Source: Methanocellales archaeon
GTDB taxonomy: Archaea > Halobacteriota > JAWCLZ01
Length of the DNA: 35,901 bases
Reading direction: 5' to 3'
NCBI GenBank assembly: GCA_038850285.1
Contig: JAWCMA010000002.1
Coordinates: 110,548 to 146,448, forward strand
Shown: one piece after another, positions 17,351 to 26,449 of the stretch
Layout of the letters: each line of letters starts with the position of its first letter
How positions within the stretch are numbered: the first letter of the stretch is position 1
The notes under the pieces: generated by a model
Database searches by the model: none
Seen by the model: the letters and a program-made list of their open reading frames with translations, nothing else
What the model was told of the DNA's origin: nothing
Made by a program: the position numbers and the translations under genes

Positions 17351-17506
17351 ATGAGAATCTGGAAAGTCCACTGCATATATTTCGTGGAGGCGGAATCAGA
17401 GAAAGAAGCTTGGCTTAAAGCCAGAGAATTTGCAGACAAGGTATCTTCCCTTGGGGAAGTTATTAAAATTGAGGATGTTGAAGCAAGTGGGATTGCAATT
17501 GCGTGA
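17351..17506 (+). CDS. Small hypothetical protein, 51 aa
   Basis: GGAAGG before ATG 17351, TTATAA upstream, stop 2 nt from the rpoL stop. Confidence 0.55.
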   Translation: MRIWKVHCIYFVEAESEKEAWLKAREFADKVSSLGEVIKIEDVEASGIAIA

Positions 17507-17508
17507 AG

Positions 17509-17790
17509 CTATGCCTTTCTAACTGCGCTTAAAAACTTCTTTTTTAATTCATCGCATTGCTTGCCTATCTGCGAGGCAGCATCTCTTAATACTTCAAAGG
17601 GATCTGAGCCATCGGTTCTTAGATATAATATTGGATCGCTTATCAGCGGATGCTCTATATCATAGGTCGCTGCTTCCACGCGTTTATCCTGAAGCAAGGC
17701 TGATTTCATCAGATTTAAAAAAGTATGCCCTTCTCCACCAATTTCAATTTCAATTTCCCTCTCAGATTTGGATAAAACTTTTATCTCCAT
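17509..17790 (-). CDS. rpoL: RNA polymerase subunit L (Rpo11)
   Basis: GEGHTFLNL and ATYDIEHPL motifs. Confidence 0.95.
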   Translation of the reverse strand: MEIKVLSKSEREIEIEIGGEGHTFLNLMKSALLQDKRVEAATYDIEHPLISDPILYLRTDGSDPFEVLRDAASQIGKQCDELKKKFLSAVRKA

Positions 17791-17802
17791 ATTTTCATCT
17801 CC

Positions 17803-18375
17803 TCAAATAATTCCCAAGCCATAGTCTTCAGAGATTTTCCTAATTTCAATGCGCTCACACCTCGGGCAAATAAGAGTATAAGTGTTACTTCTTCGCTTAA
17901 GCGAGGCTCTACATCTAGAGCAATATGCTTTAACAACGCCGAGATATCTATCGGCTGTGCTAAGCCTCATTGTGCGCGAGTCAATCACTTTGGCTTTCAC
18001 TATATCGTTAACTGCAAATTCCTTGGTAAGTTCACTCACATAAGAACTTTTAACATTTGAAATATGTATTGCTCCTTGCGCGATGCTTGGTATTTCTCTA
18101 TCCTCTTTGCCCTTAACGCGAGCTATTTCCACAAGCGCTACAGAGTTTTTTAAATCAATAATTCTCCCCACAACTACATCGCCGGCTTTAGGAACAGGGG
18201 GTACATTTGTGCTTGGAAGCACGCTCACCACTCTTTCCCTGCGATTTATTTTAACATAGCCAGCTACGCTGGCAAATATATTTCCTTTTTCCTCATAAGT
18301 CCCCGCGCCAGCGATGAATTCCTCACAGGTACCTATTAAGTCACCGGGGATTACGAATTTATCCTCCATCATCAT
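17803..18375 (-). CDS. csl4: Exosome RNA-binding protein Csl4
   Basis: VIPGD..EEF..G.GTY, S1 domain, CSRC..CPRC Zn ribbon, E.RKIS.DY. Confidence 0.95.
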   Translation of the reverse strand: MMMEDKFVIPGDLIGTCEEFIAGAGTYEEKGNIFASVAGYVKINRRERVVSVLPSTNVPPVPKAGDVVVGRIIDLKNSVALVEIARVKGKEDREIPSIAQGAIHISNVKSSYVSELTKEFAVNDIVKAKVIDSRTMRLSTADRYLGVVKAYCSRCRASLKRRSNTYTLICPRCERIEIRKISEDYGLGII

Positions 18376-18965
18376 CGCCTCTCGAGTCTATACAGCTCGA
18401 CTTCTATGCGCTCGATGTCTTTTCTATGAAATTTAAACATCCGCTTCACTGGGAAAAGCATTCGCTTGAAATGGGTTATTCTAGCTTTATCTTGAATAAA
18501 TTCTTCAACGAATTGCTTGCTCCCAGCGTTGTGAATTGAATATACCACCTTAGCGATTTCCAGAGCCTTATTTAAGAACGGGCGATCGCTTCCTTTTTTT
18601 TGAGCCCCAAATGGGGGATTCATCACAACTATATCCGCGCTCCCAATTACTTGGGAGACATCCCAAGCGATGAATTCCACTTCTACATCGAGCTGCTTTG
18701 CATTTTCTCTTGCTATTCTAAGCGCATTTATATCGCTGTCTATGCCTATAACTTTTTCTGCCCCTAGCAATTTCGCTCCTATTGCCAGGATTCCTGTGCC
18801 GCATCCAAGGTCGTATACCACTCCTTTTAAATCTCCCTGCATATATGCAAAATGCAAGAGCTCAGCTGCAATTGAAGCTGGAGTGAAATACTGCTCCATC
18901 TCAACTTTTGCCTCTGGAAAGCCCTTTACTTTCTCCAGCAGAATCTCAAGCTGCTTTTGCTTCAT
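18372..18965 (-). CDS. METTL5-like N6-adenine RNA methyltransferase
   Basis: EQYFTP, DLGCGTG, MNPPFG and VYSIH motifs; start probably 18965. Confidence 0.88.
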   Translation of the reverse strand: MKQKQLEILLEKVKGFPEAKVEMEQYFTPASIAAELLHFAYMQGDLKGVVYDLGCGTGILAIGAKLLGAEKVIGIDSDINALRIARENAKQLDVEVEFIAWDVSQVIGSADIVVMNPPFGAQKKGSDRPFLNKALEIAKVVYSIHNAGSKQFVEEFIQDKARITHFKRMLFPVKRMFKFHRKDIERIEVELYRLERR

Positions 18966-19005
18966 ATACCATATACTATAAAAAATTTGCAACTAGAAAT
19001 ATTTT

Positions 19006-19563
19006 TTATTTACTTCTCCTCGCTAAGTCGAGGTGGTATTTCAGCATAGAGCTATGCTCGATCATAGAGGTGAAGACATAGGCCTCTTCAAGGGTCTTGC
19101 CAGCTGCAAAGGTACCGTGGCCCTTAACTATAACCCCTTTATGTTCTCTCAATGCAAGGCTCACGCTCTTCGCCAGTTCCTTAGAGCCCGTGGCTCCGGA
19201 GATGACTGGAATTCTATGGAGGAAGTACTGCCCCTCAGTATCCAGGGGATCCAAGTATTTCTTCTTCAGCAATAGAGATTCTATGACTGCAAATGGAGAA
19301 TGAGCGTGTATAATCGCAAGTGCCGCTGTTTGCTTGTATATCTCGCGATGCACAACTGTTTCGGTGGATGCTATTAAGTCAAAGCTAGTGGGCTTTTCGA
19401 TTTCTACTTCCACGATTGAATTCTCATCAAGTTCATCGAGTTTAGCGCCTGTTCTAGTTATTAAGATTTTATTTCCCGCGCGAGTGCTTATATTGCCAAA
19501 GTGACCGGTTACCAAGCCTCTTTCCACTAGGAATTTTCCATATTTTGCTATTTCACGCCACAT
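19006..19563 (-). CDS. Class II aldolase/adducin family protein (FucA-like)
   Basis: GNISTR, ASTETVVH..IY, IIHAHS and VKGHG motifs. Confidence 0.88.
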   Translation of the reverse strand: MWREIAKYGKFLVERGLVTGHFGNISTRAGNKILITRTGAKLDELDENSIVEVEIEKPTSFDLIASTETVVHREIYKQTAALAIIHAHSPFAVIESLLLKKKYLDPLDTEGQYFLHRIPVISGATGSKELAKSVSLALREHKGVIVKGHGTFAAGKTLEEAYVFTSMIEHSSMLKYHLDLARRSK

Positions 19564-21287
19564 TTCTCCGCCTCGCTCTCCAGTTGAAGAGCTTTAAGCT
19601 TCTCCAACAGTGGCACGCCTTCACAACTCCAACCTCGAACTTGGTAGTATTCTCTCAATGCGAGTTCAAATTCTTTTCTACTCAATCCATCGAAAAATCT
19701 CTCAGGCAAGGTATCCGCTTTAGAGGTGAAGCCCTCTCGAATGTTAAAAAGCCGCTCCAAGTTCCAAATTCTCTCACCGATTTTGAGCAAATCTTGAGGG
19801 GTTATTTCTTCTCCAATTGCAGCGCTTAATAGATCAGCATATTCCTCTTCACTTAGCGCCAGAGACGAGAATCTGCAGAGGATTAGAGAATCAACTGCCG
19901 CTGATAAATTTTGAATCAAGGCTACTAGCGCGGCCTTTCCAGTGAAGCTATATCGATCTACTAGCTTTGGCTTGCCAAGAATTTCCATGGAAACCATGTA
20001 AGCTCGCAGATGGCAAGCCCCGCGATTAGAAGTGGCATATGCTAGTGCTTGTCCACTTAAACTTCTAGGATCATATGCAGGTATCTCAAGTGCTTTAACA
20101 GTCATGCTTGCCTCGGGTTTCTCTTTTGCGCTGCAGTAGGCAAGGGATCCCTCGCTCAGTATTTTTCCAAGTCCTCTTTTCTCAGCCACTATTTTTACCA
20201 GTTCACTCAGATTGCTTACCTCGCAGTTATTGAGCTCTGCATAGCTCGCTATTGTTGCTCCAGTGGAAATGGTATCGATGCCATAGTCATTGCAAAGTTC
20301 ATTCACTTTTATAATTTCATTTATATCGTGATTGTTGAGATTGGCACCAAAAGCCCAGATTGTTTCATATTCAGGTATGGAGAGCTTTGAATTCTTAATA
20401 ACTCTTTTACAGGCAATTGCACATTTAGCACAGGATTTTTTCTCTAGTTCAAAGTTTTCCTTGATATATTCCCCTGATATCTCCTCTGCACGCGCAAATC
20501 CTCTTTCGCGGAAGTTATTGGCAGGTAGAACTTGCATGTGGTTCATTAAATTCACAAGGGCTGCAGTGCCAAATTCAGCTAGGCCTCTGGCTAATGCTTG
20601 ACTCGCCTTAATCAAGCGGAGTGCGCGAGTTTCAGCAAGTTGGTATTTCTTTTCATTCACAGGATTTAAGGATAAATTTAAAGAGCCATTCACAACTATT
20701 GCTTTAAGTTTTTTCGAGCCCATAACAGCACCTAAACCTCCTCTCCCGCAAGCATGAGTTCCCTCGCTGATTATATTCGCGAGTTTGCTCAGCTTCTCCC
20801 CCGCTCTACCAATGCAGGCAACTCGGCCTTTTTTGGATAAAATATTAACTGTTTCCTTAACATTTAGCCCCCAGAGCTTGCTTCCATCTTTTATATCTAT
20901 TTCTTCATTGTGAATCTCAATATAAACTGGTGAATTTGCCTTTCCTTTAAATACTAGAGCAGCATAGCCGCAGCGCTTTAATTCCACTCCAAAGAAACCC
21001 CCAGCACTGGAATCAAAAATTGTCTTGGTAAGTGGAGACTTTGAAACCACTGCATGTCTCCCTGACATAGGCGCTACACCTGTTAGCGGGCCAATTGCAA
21101 AGATGATTGCATTTTCAGCTGAAAGGGGATCTAAAGTTGCTGGTATTGAATCAAATAATAGCTTCACCCCTAGGCCCCGGCCGCCTAAGTAGTTCTTAAT
21201 GAGTTTTTTATTAAGATTTTTTATCTTGATTTTTCCACTGCTTAAATTTATAGTTGCAATTTTAGCTTTCCACATTAACTTCATCAT
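19548..21287 (-). CDS. aor: Tungsten aldehyde:ferredoxin oxidoreductase family protein
   Basis: YLGGRGLG, KSPLT, GRGGLGAVMGSKKLKA, CAKCAIAC, PEYET, DYGIDTIS and SNRGACHL motifs. Confidence 0.93.
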   Translation of the reverse strand: MMKLMWKAKIATINLSSGKIKIKNLNKKLIKNYLGGRGLGVKLLFDSIPATLDPLSAENAIIFAIGPLTGVAPMSGRHAVVSKSPLTKTIFDSSAGGFFGVELKRCGYAALVFKGKANSPVYIEIHNEEIDIKDGSKLWGLNVKETVNILSKKGRVACIGRAGEKLSKLANIISEGTHACGRGGLGAVMGSKKLKAIVVNGSLNLSLNPVNEKKYQLAETRALRLIKASQALARGLAEFGTAALVNLMNHMQVLPANNFRERGFARAEEISGEYIKENFELEKKSCAKCAIACKRVIKNSKLSIPEYETIWAFGANLNNHDINEIIKVNELCNDYGIDTISTGATIASYAELNNCEVSNLSELVKIVAEKRGLGKILSEGSLAYCSAKEKPEASMTVKALEIPAYDPRSLSGQALAYATSNRGACHLRAYMVSMEILGKPKLVDRYSFTGKAALVALIQNLSAAVDSLILCRFSSLALSEEEYADLLSAAIGEEITPQDLLKIGERIWNLERLFNIREGFTSKADTLPERFFDGLSRKEFELALREYYQVRGWSCEGVPLLEKLKALQLESEAEKCGVK

Positions 21288-21389
21288 ATATTCAATTCTT
21301 CTTTTAATGCTTCTCCATAAAATGGATGCGAATTAGCGCAAAAAATAAATATTTTCAAAGGTTATTAGTGAATGTAAAGTATTTCTCTA

Positions 21390-21426
21390 AAATCTTTCTA
21401 AATTATCCTTATTTTTAGAAAGATTT
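21390..21426. promoter_or_regulatory. 13-bp perfect inverted repeat AAATCTTTCTAAA-N11-TTTAGAAAGATTT in the aor / wHTH divergent promoter
   Basis: Arms 21390-21402 and 21414-21426. Confidence 0.55.
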
Positions 21427-21548
21427 AAATAGAAAAAGAGTGTAATATATTCACTGTCATTCACTGGAAAACTAGCAAGGGGATGGATGTGCAGTTTACA
21501 GCAATGACGGCATATGGGGATGGATGATTGTGCGTGGAGAGAGCAGAG

Positions 21549-22001
21549 ATGAGGATCCAACTCCAAATCGAAAGTGAAAGGGGCGAAAAAACTAAGATAA
21601 TAACCTCCAGCAGTAAAATAGCCAAGAAAATCATTGAAGCACTTGAAGCGATGGAGAGCGGATCTTCATCGAAACCACTCTCCAAACCCGCTCCTATTTT
21701 TTCTAAAAAACGCATCTTAACCCCTGAGATAAAAGAACTTTCAAAAGAAACCCTCACTATAAAAGAGCGCTTGCGAGGATTCATCAAATATGAATATCCC
21801 AGAATTTGGTTTAAATCTCTAGATTTAAAAAAGAGCTTCGAAGAAACCTTTGATACTGAGATAGGTTTAAGTACAATCTCAGAATACCTCGCAAGGATGC
21901 ATCGAGAGGGCTTGCTGGAGAGAAGAGGCAATCGAACCCAGTGGGAGTATAAACTTGTGGAGAAAAACCAAGAGGCAAGCATCACCCAAGTAACACTATG
22001 A
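21549..22001 (+). CDS. Hypothetical protein with a C-terminal winged-helix domain
   Basis: LSTISEYLARMHREGLLERRGNRTQWEYKL; start 21549 (ATG) or 21528 (TTG). Confidence 0.75.
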   Translation: MRIQLQIESERGEKTKIITSSSKIAKKIIEALEAMESGSSSKPLSKPAPIFSKKRILTPEIKELSKETLTIKERLRGFIKYEYPRIWFKSLDLKKSFEETFDTEIGLSTISEYLARMHREGLLERRGNRTQWEYKLVEKNQEASITQVTL

Positions 22002-22077
22002 ATCGTGAAGCAGTGAATCGATTTCACGCATTCATACGATATATTTAAAACGAAGTAAATAATAATATTGGAGAGCG

Positions 22078-22384
22078 ATGCCTGAAACTATTTTTAGCAT
22101 AGATACCGAGCTTTCGCCAGCATATCTAGAGATTTAGAATCAGCCTTAAAAATAGGCCAGCCTAGAGCCCTTGCAAATGCTCTTCGCAAAATTGGTTTTC
22201 TAAAACTCCAGTATGAAAGAATACCTAGCTATCGCTTTCAAGGCTGGCTAAGCTGAGACCTCATCCACCAATATACTTTAATATTAATATAGCTAGACTT
22301 GAGCGGCTTAAACTTGGTGAGATAAAACATACATTGATACAATCTGCTAAGGATGTTTTCAATGGATTTAGAGGCGCAATATAG
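22078..22384 (+). pseudogene. Internally deleted M48/HtpX-like zinc metalloprotease remnant
   Basis: MPETIFSIDTELSPAYL joined out of frame to DLESALKIGQPRALANALRKIGF..GWLS*, then frameshifted PHPPIYF..IARLERL..SAKDVFNGFRGAI*; no HExxH. Confidence 0.7.
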
Positions 22385-22413
22385 TTATATCTTCATATCC
22401 TAAAGGTGGAAAT

Positions 22414-23427
22414 ATGAGAGAAGCATTGCTTTATGAAAAACTGGGAGATGAAAGGGTTAAATGCCATTTATGCAATCATTACTGCACAATATCCCCTGGG
22501 AAGCGAGGTATATGCGCGGTTAGAGAAAATAGAGATGGTACGCTATATTCCCTTGTCTATGGAAAAGTTATTGCTGCACATATAGATCCCATTGAAAAAA
22601 AACCCCTCTTCCACTTCTATCCAGGTTCCAAATCTTATTCCATTGCCACTGTTGGCTGCAACTTCAAATGCGATCACTGCCAGAACTATGAAATTTCCCA
22701 ATATTCAAAAGAATACTACCCAGATATCCCAGGGGTTGAAATGGCGCCTGAGCAAGTGGTGAGAGAGGCAAAGAAAGCTCGCTGTGAAAGTATATCCTAT
22801 ACTTACACTGAGCCAACGGTTTTCTTCGAATTTGCCTATGACTGCGCTAGGCTTGCTCGTGAGAGTGGAATTAAAAATGTCTTCGTCAGCAATGGATACA
22901 CCAGCGAGGAGGCAGTTAGATTCATAGCGCCTTATTTAGATGCAAATAACATTGATTTAAAGGGAGATGAGAATTTCTATAGAAAGGTTTCAGGGGCAAG
23001 GCTTCAGCCTGTGCTTGATACCATTAAATTGATGAAAGAACTTGGGATTTGGGTTGAGGTAACCACGCTCGTAATTCCAAACTACAATGACTCCGAAGCT
23101 TTTTTGCGATGGGCAGCTGAGTTTATTAAATCCATAGACCCTTCGATTCCATGGCACGTGACTCAATTCTACCCCACCTATAAACTGCTTGATCAACCGA
23201 GAACGCCGATTAACACGCTCAGGAAAGCGAGGGAAATAGGTTTAAAAGCAGGATTGAAGTATGTTTATGAAGGCAATGTCCCAGGGGAGGGAGGGGAGAA
23301 TACCTACTGCCCTGAATGCGGGGAATTGCTTATTGAGAGATTTGGATATATTTTGACCAGGATAAAGATGAAGCACTCCACGTGCCCTAAATGCGGAGCG
23401 AGAATCGCTGGCGTGGGAATGCCTTGA
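22414..23427 (+). CDS. amrS: AmmeMemoRadiSam system radical SAM enzyme
   Basis: CHLCNHYC..GICAVREN, DPIEKKPLFHFYPG, CNFKCDHCQN, YTYTEP and YVYEGNV motifs. Confidence 0.93.
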   Translation: MREALLYEKLGDERVKCHLCNHYCTISPGKRGICAVRENRDGTLYSLVYGKVIAAHIDPIEKKPLFHFYPGSKSYSIATVGCNFKCDHCQNYEISQYSKEYYPDIPGVEMAPEQVVREAKKARCESISYTYTEPTVFFEFAYDCARLARESGIKNVFVSNGYTSEEAVRFIAPYLDANNIDLKGDENFYRKVSGARLQPVLDTIKLMKELGIWVEVTTLVIPNYNDSEAFLRWAAEFIKSIDPSIPWHVTQFYPTYKLLDQPRTPINTLRKAREIGLKAGLKYVYEGNVPGEGGENTYCPECGELLIERFGYILTRIKMKHSTCPKCGARIAGVGMP

Positions 23428-23430
23428 TTT

Positions 23431-25536
23431 TTAAAAATGGCATTCCCAAGCGGGGCACCCGCCTGAGTACTCTGATGCGGCGCTCACGTGTTCCTCCCCC
23501 GCTAGTTCTCTGCTTAGAATTGAACCTATGTATAGCACTTGCGATTTCTTACTTCCATATCTATAAACAGTTATTCCCTTGCATTGCAGTTTATAAGCAA
23601 GCGTGAAAACCGCGCGTACATCTTCGATGGTTGCATCGTGGGGGAGATTCACCGTTTTGGCAACCGCGTTATCTACATATTTTTGAAATGCAGCTTGCAT
23701 TCTAACGTGCCACTCAGGAGCTATATCTAGAGCTGTGACGAATATCCTGCGAATATCCCAAGGAATGCTTTCGATTTGCTGAATGCTTCCCCTCTTGGCA
23801 ACCTCCAGCATTAATTCTTCGCTATAGAAACCCCTTTTCACCGCGATTTCTTCAAAAAATGGATTTACCTCGAGCAAGCGAGTGCCCTCCATTACATCGC
23901 GTATGTATGAAACTGCGAATAAAGGCTCAATTCCACTGCTTGCACCTGCGATTATAGAAATTGTACCTGTGGGGGCAATGGTTGTAAGCGTGGCATTTCT
24001 AATTGCAGTGTATCCCTTTTTATCCCAGAGGCTGTCCTTGAAATTTGGGAAAGAACCTTTCTCTTCAGCGATTTCAATGGATTTTTTAATTGCCTCCTCA
24101 CTTATGAACTTCATGACCTTCTCGGCTACCTCTAGGGCTTCATTTGAATCATATGGCACTTGTAGCTGAATCAGCATATCAGCGAACCCCATTACTCCCA
24201 AGCCGATCTTTCTATTTGCCTTTGTAATTTGCTCGATCTCTGGCATTGGAAATTTATTGGCATCTATCACATTATCCAAAAAATGCACTCCGAGTTTAAC
24301 TATTCGGCGCAGTTTCTCCCATTCTATTTCCCCATTTTTAACCATCTTAGCGAGATTAATTGAGCCTAAATTGCAGGATTCATATGGCAGTAGTGGTAAT
24401 TCACCGCATGGATTGGTGCTTTCAATTTCACCCAATTGAGGAGTTGGATTATGGCGATTGATTTCATCGAGGAATATAATACCTGGATCGCCAGTGCGCC
24501 AAGCCATGGTTACAATTAAGTCAAAAACGTTTTTTGCACTTAGCTTTTTAACACTCTGTTTATTCCTCGGGTTTATCAATTCATATTCCTCGCCTTTTTC
24601 CATTGTTTGCATAAAGCTATCAGTTACTCCCACTGAGATGTTGAAGTTGCTCAATGCTCTTTCATCTTGCTTTGCAGTTATGAATTCTAAGATATCAGGG
24701 TGGTCAACGCGCAGTACGCCCATATTCGCTCCTCTTCTCCTCCCGCCTTGCTTCACCACTTCAGTTGCTATGTCGAATACTCGCATGAATGAAACTGGTC
24801 CAGATGCAACTCCCATGGTGGAGCCAACTATATCCCCCTTGGGTCTGAGCTTGGAGAATGAGAAACCAGTGCCTCCCCCGGATTTATGGATCACTGCCAT
24901 GTATTTCACTGCATCGAATATTGCATCTAGGGAGTCTTCCACTGGAAGTACAAAGCAAGCTGAAAGCTGCCCGACTTGTGTACCAGCGTTCATGAGTGTT
25001 GGTGAGTTGGGTAGAAATTCTAGGTTCACCATTGCTCGATAGAATTGCTCCTTGGTTTCTTCAACTTCATCTCTACTTTTATATCTCAAGTCAACCTCTG
25101 CAACTGCCTTAGCCACTCTTGCAAACATTCCACTGGTGCTCTCTATAACTTTTCCAGTTTCATCTTTCAATAAATAGCGCTGCTTCAGCACCTTAACTGC
25201 ATTTACAGATAGTTTAAGTTCATCAACCACGCCTAGAAATTGCTTTAACTTTCGAATTTCAGCTCTTTTTTTGCGATAGAGTATATAGGCTTTAGCTGCA
25301 TCTGCATATCCATGTTTGATCAATGCTTTTTCCACTAAATCCTGAACATCTTCAACAGAGGGTACTTTATCTGGGAAATGTGCGTCCAAAGTGGAAACAA
25401 CTTCTCTCGCGAGGCGGTCCGCAGCATCGCGGTCGGGCTTGTTGATTGCTTGAGTTGCTCTATAGATTGCACTGGCAATTTTCTCCATTTCAAATGGGAC
25501 AATTTTTCCATCGCGTTTCCGAATTTTAACTGGCAT
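23431..25536 (-). CDS. nrdJ: Adenosylcobalamin-dependent (class II) ribonucleotide reductase with an N-terminal ATP cone
   Basis: KIRKRDG ATP cone; PNSPTLMNAG..LSACFV; GGGTG; RRGANM; TNPCGE; IAPTGTIS; C-terminal CPAWEC; no intein. Confidence 0.93.
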   Translation of the reverse strand: MPVKIRKRDGKIVPFEMEKIASAIYRATQAINKPDRDAADRLAREVVSTLDAHFPDKVPSVEDVQDLVEKALIKHGYADAAKAYILYRKKRAEIRKLKQFLGVVDELKLSVNAVKVLKQRYLLKDETGKVIESTSGMFARVAKAVAEVDLRYKSRDEVEETKEQFYRAMVNLEFLPNSPTLMNAGTQVGQLSACFVLPVEDSLDAIFDAVKYMAVIHKSGGGTGFSFSKLRPKGDIVGSTMGVASGPVSFMRVFDIATEVVKQGGRRRGANMGVLRVDHPDILEFITAKQDERALSNFNISVGVTDSFMQTMEKGEEYELINPRNKQSVKKLSAKNVFDLIVTMAWRTGDPGIIFLDEINRHNPTPQLGEIESTNPCGELPLLPYESCNLGSINLAKMVKNGEIEWEKLRRIVKLGVHFLDNVIDANKFPMPEIEQITKANRKIGLGVMGFADMLIQLQVPYDSNEALEVAEKVMKFISEEAIKKSIEIAEEKGSFPNFKDSLWDKKGYTAIRNATLTTIAPTGTISIIAGASSGIEPLFAVSYIRDVMEGTRLLEVNPFFEEIAVKRGFYSEELMLEVAKRGSIQQIESIPWDIRRIFVTALDIAPEWHVRMQAAFQKYVDNAVAKTVNLPHDATIEDVRAVFTLAYKLQCKGITVYRYGSKKSQVLYIGSILSRELAGEEHVSAASEYSGGCPAWECHF

Positions 25537-25581
25537 TTCACTTCTATATCACTTATTTGCGAGATATATTTTTCTGCGCTT

Positions 25582-26412
25582 TCAAATTGGAGAAATTATC
25601 CTTCGAAAATTAGAGAGAATTTTACGTTCATAAGCATCTTTATTTAGCTTTCCATTTAAAAAAAGCTCCTCAGCGGTATAGAAGAGCTTGACGCATTCCC
25701 AGATCAAGCTGAAATCTTGCTTTAATTTATTTGCGCATTCAATTAATTCACTTGCTGGCTTAGGATCTATAAGTTTTTTCATTAATTTCACTTCCCTTGA
25801 AATAGGGACTTTTTTAACTCTACTGAATGGATTTAGATATTTATTCAATGCATAGTCTATGAAGTAAGATTTAAAGCTGCATTCCTCGCATTTACTTGAA
25901 ATACCATGCGGGCAGATGCATAGCTTTGGCAAGCCATAGCTGTTTTTCAAGCGCTTTTCAAGCATGAGGTCTAAACCCGCGATGGCAAGAGCCTTCCACC
26001 TCAGCTCTAGCGGTACTGCTTCGATTTGCTCAAAAAGCGCTTTAAAGGTCAAATTGCAGTGCTGCTTAACTATCTCTGCCTCCCCTTCAGCCAAGTTTTT
26101 TTCACGCATTCTCCTTTCAATATTGCTATGAAGCTGGTCATAAACTAGTGCAAGTGCATCTTTATAAGTGCGGGCATACCATTCCTTACCCCCTTTGGTT
26201 TTCCGTGGTATTTCAAGCAATTCCTTTTCCAATAGCTTGGAAATTATATATCGAGCTGTGCCATAGGAAGTGCTAAGCTTGCTTTGAATTTCCTTAAAGC
26301 ATTTGAGCTCAAAGCTCGCTTGCTCAAGAATGCTTTCATATTGAAAGGGTTTTATTTCACCCCTGCCGCTGTAAATCTCATATATGAAGTGCGCAAGCTC
26401 CATGAAATCCAT
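25582..26412 (-). CDS. Hypothetical protein with a probable N-terminal wHTH and a CxCPH-x5-CxxC motif
   Basis: FKEIQSKLSTSYGTARYIISKLLEKELL and CICPHGISSKCEEC; AGGTGA SD. Confidence 0.7.
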   Translation of the reverse strand: MDFMELAHFIYEIYSGRGEIKPFQYESILEQASFELKCFKEIQSKLSTSYGTARYIISKLLEKELLEIPRKTKGGKEWYARTYKDALALVYDQLHSNIERRMREKNLAEGEAEIVKQHCNLTFKALFEQIEAVPLELRWKALAIAGLDLMLEKRLKNSYGLPKLCICPHGISSKCEECSFKSYFIDYALNKYLNPFSRVKKVPISREVKLMKKLIDPKPASELIECANKLKQDFSLIWECVKLFYTAEELFLNGKLNKDAYERKILSNFRRIISPI

Positions 26413-26449
26413 TTATTCACCTTTTAAAAGTTAGCCCTGGAACTCTGAT

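Noticed and set aside
21483-21530. In-frame ATG...TGA just upstream of the wHTH ORF as selenocysteine read-through
   Set aside because: No selenoprotein-like motif or recognisable archaeal SECIS; ATG 21549 is a simpler start.
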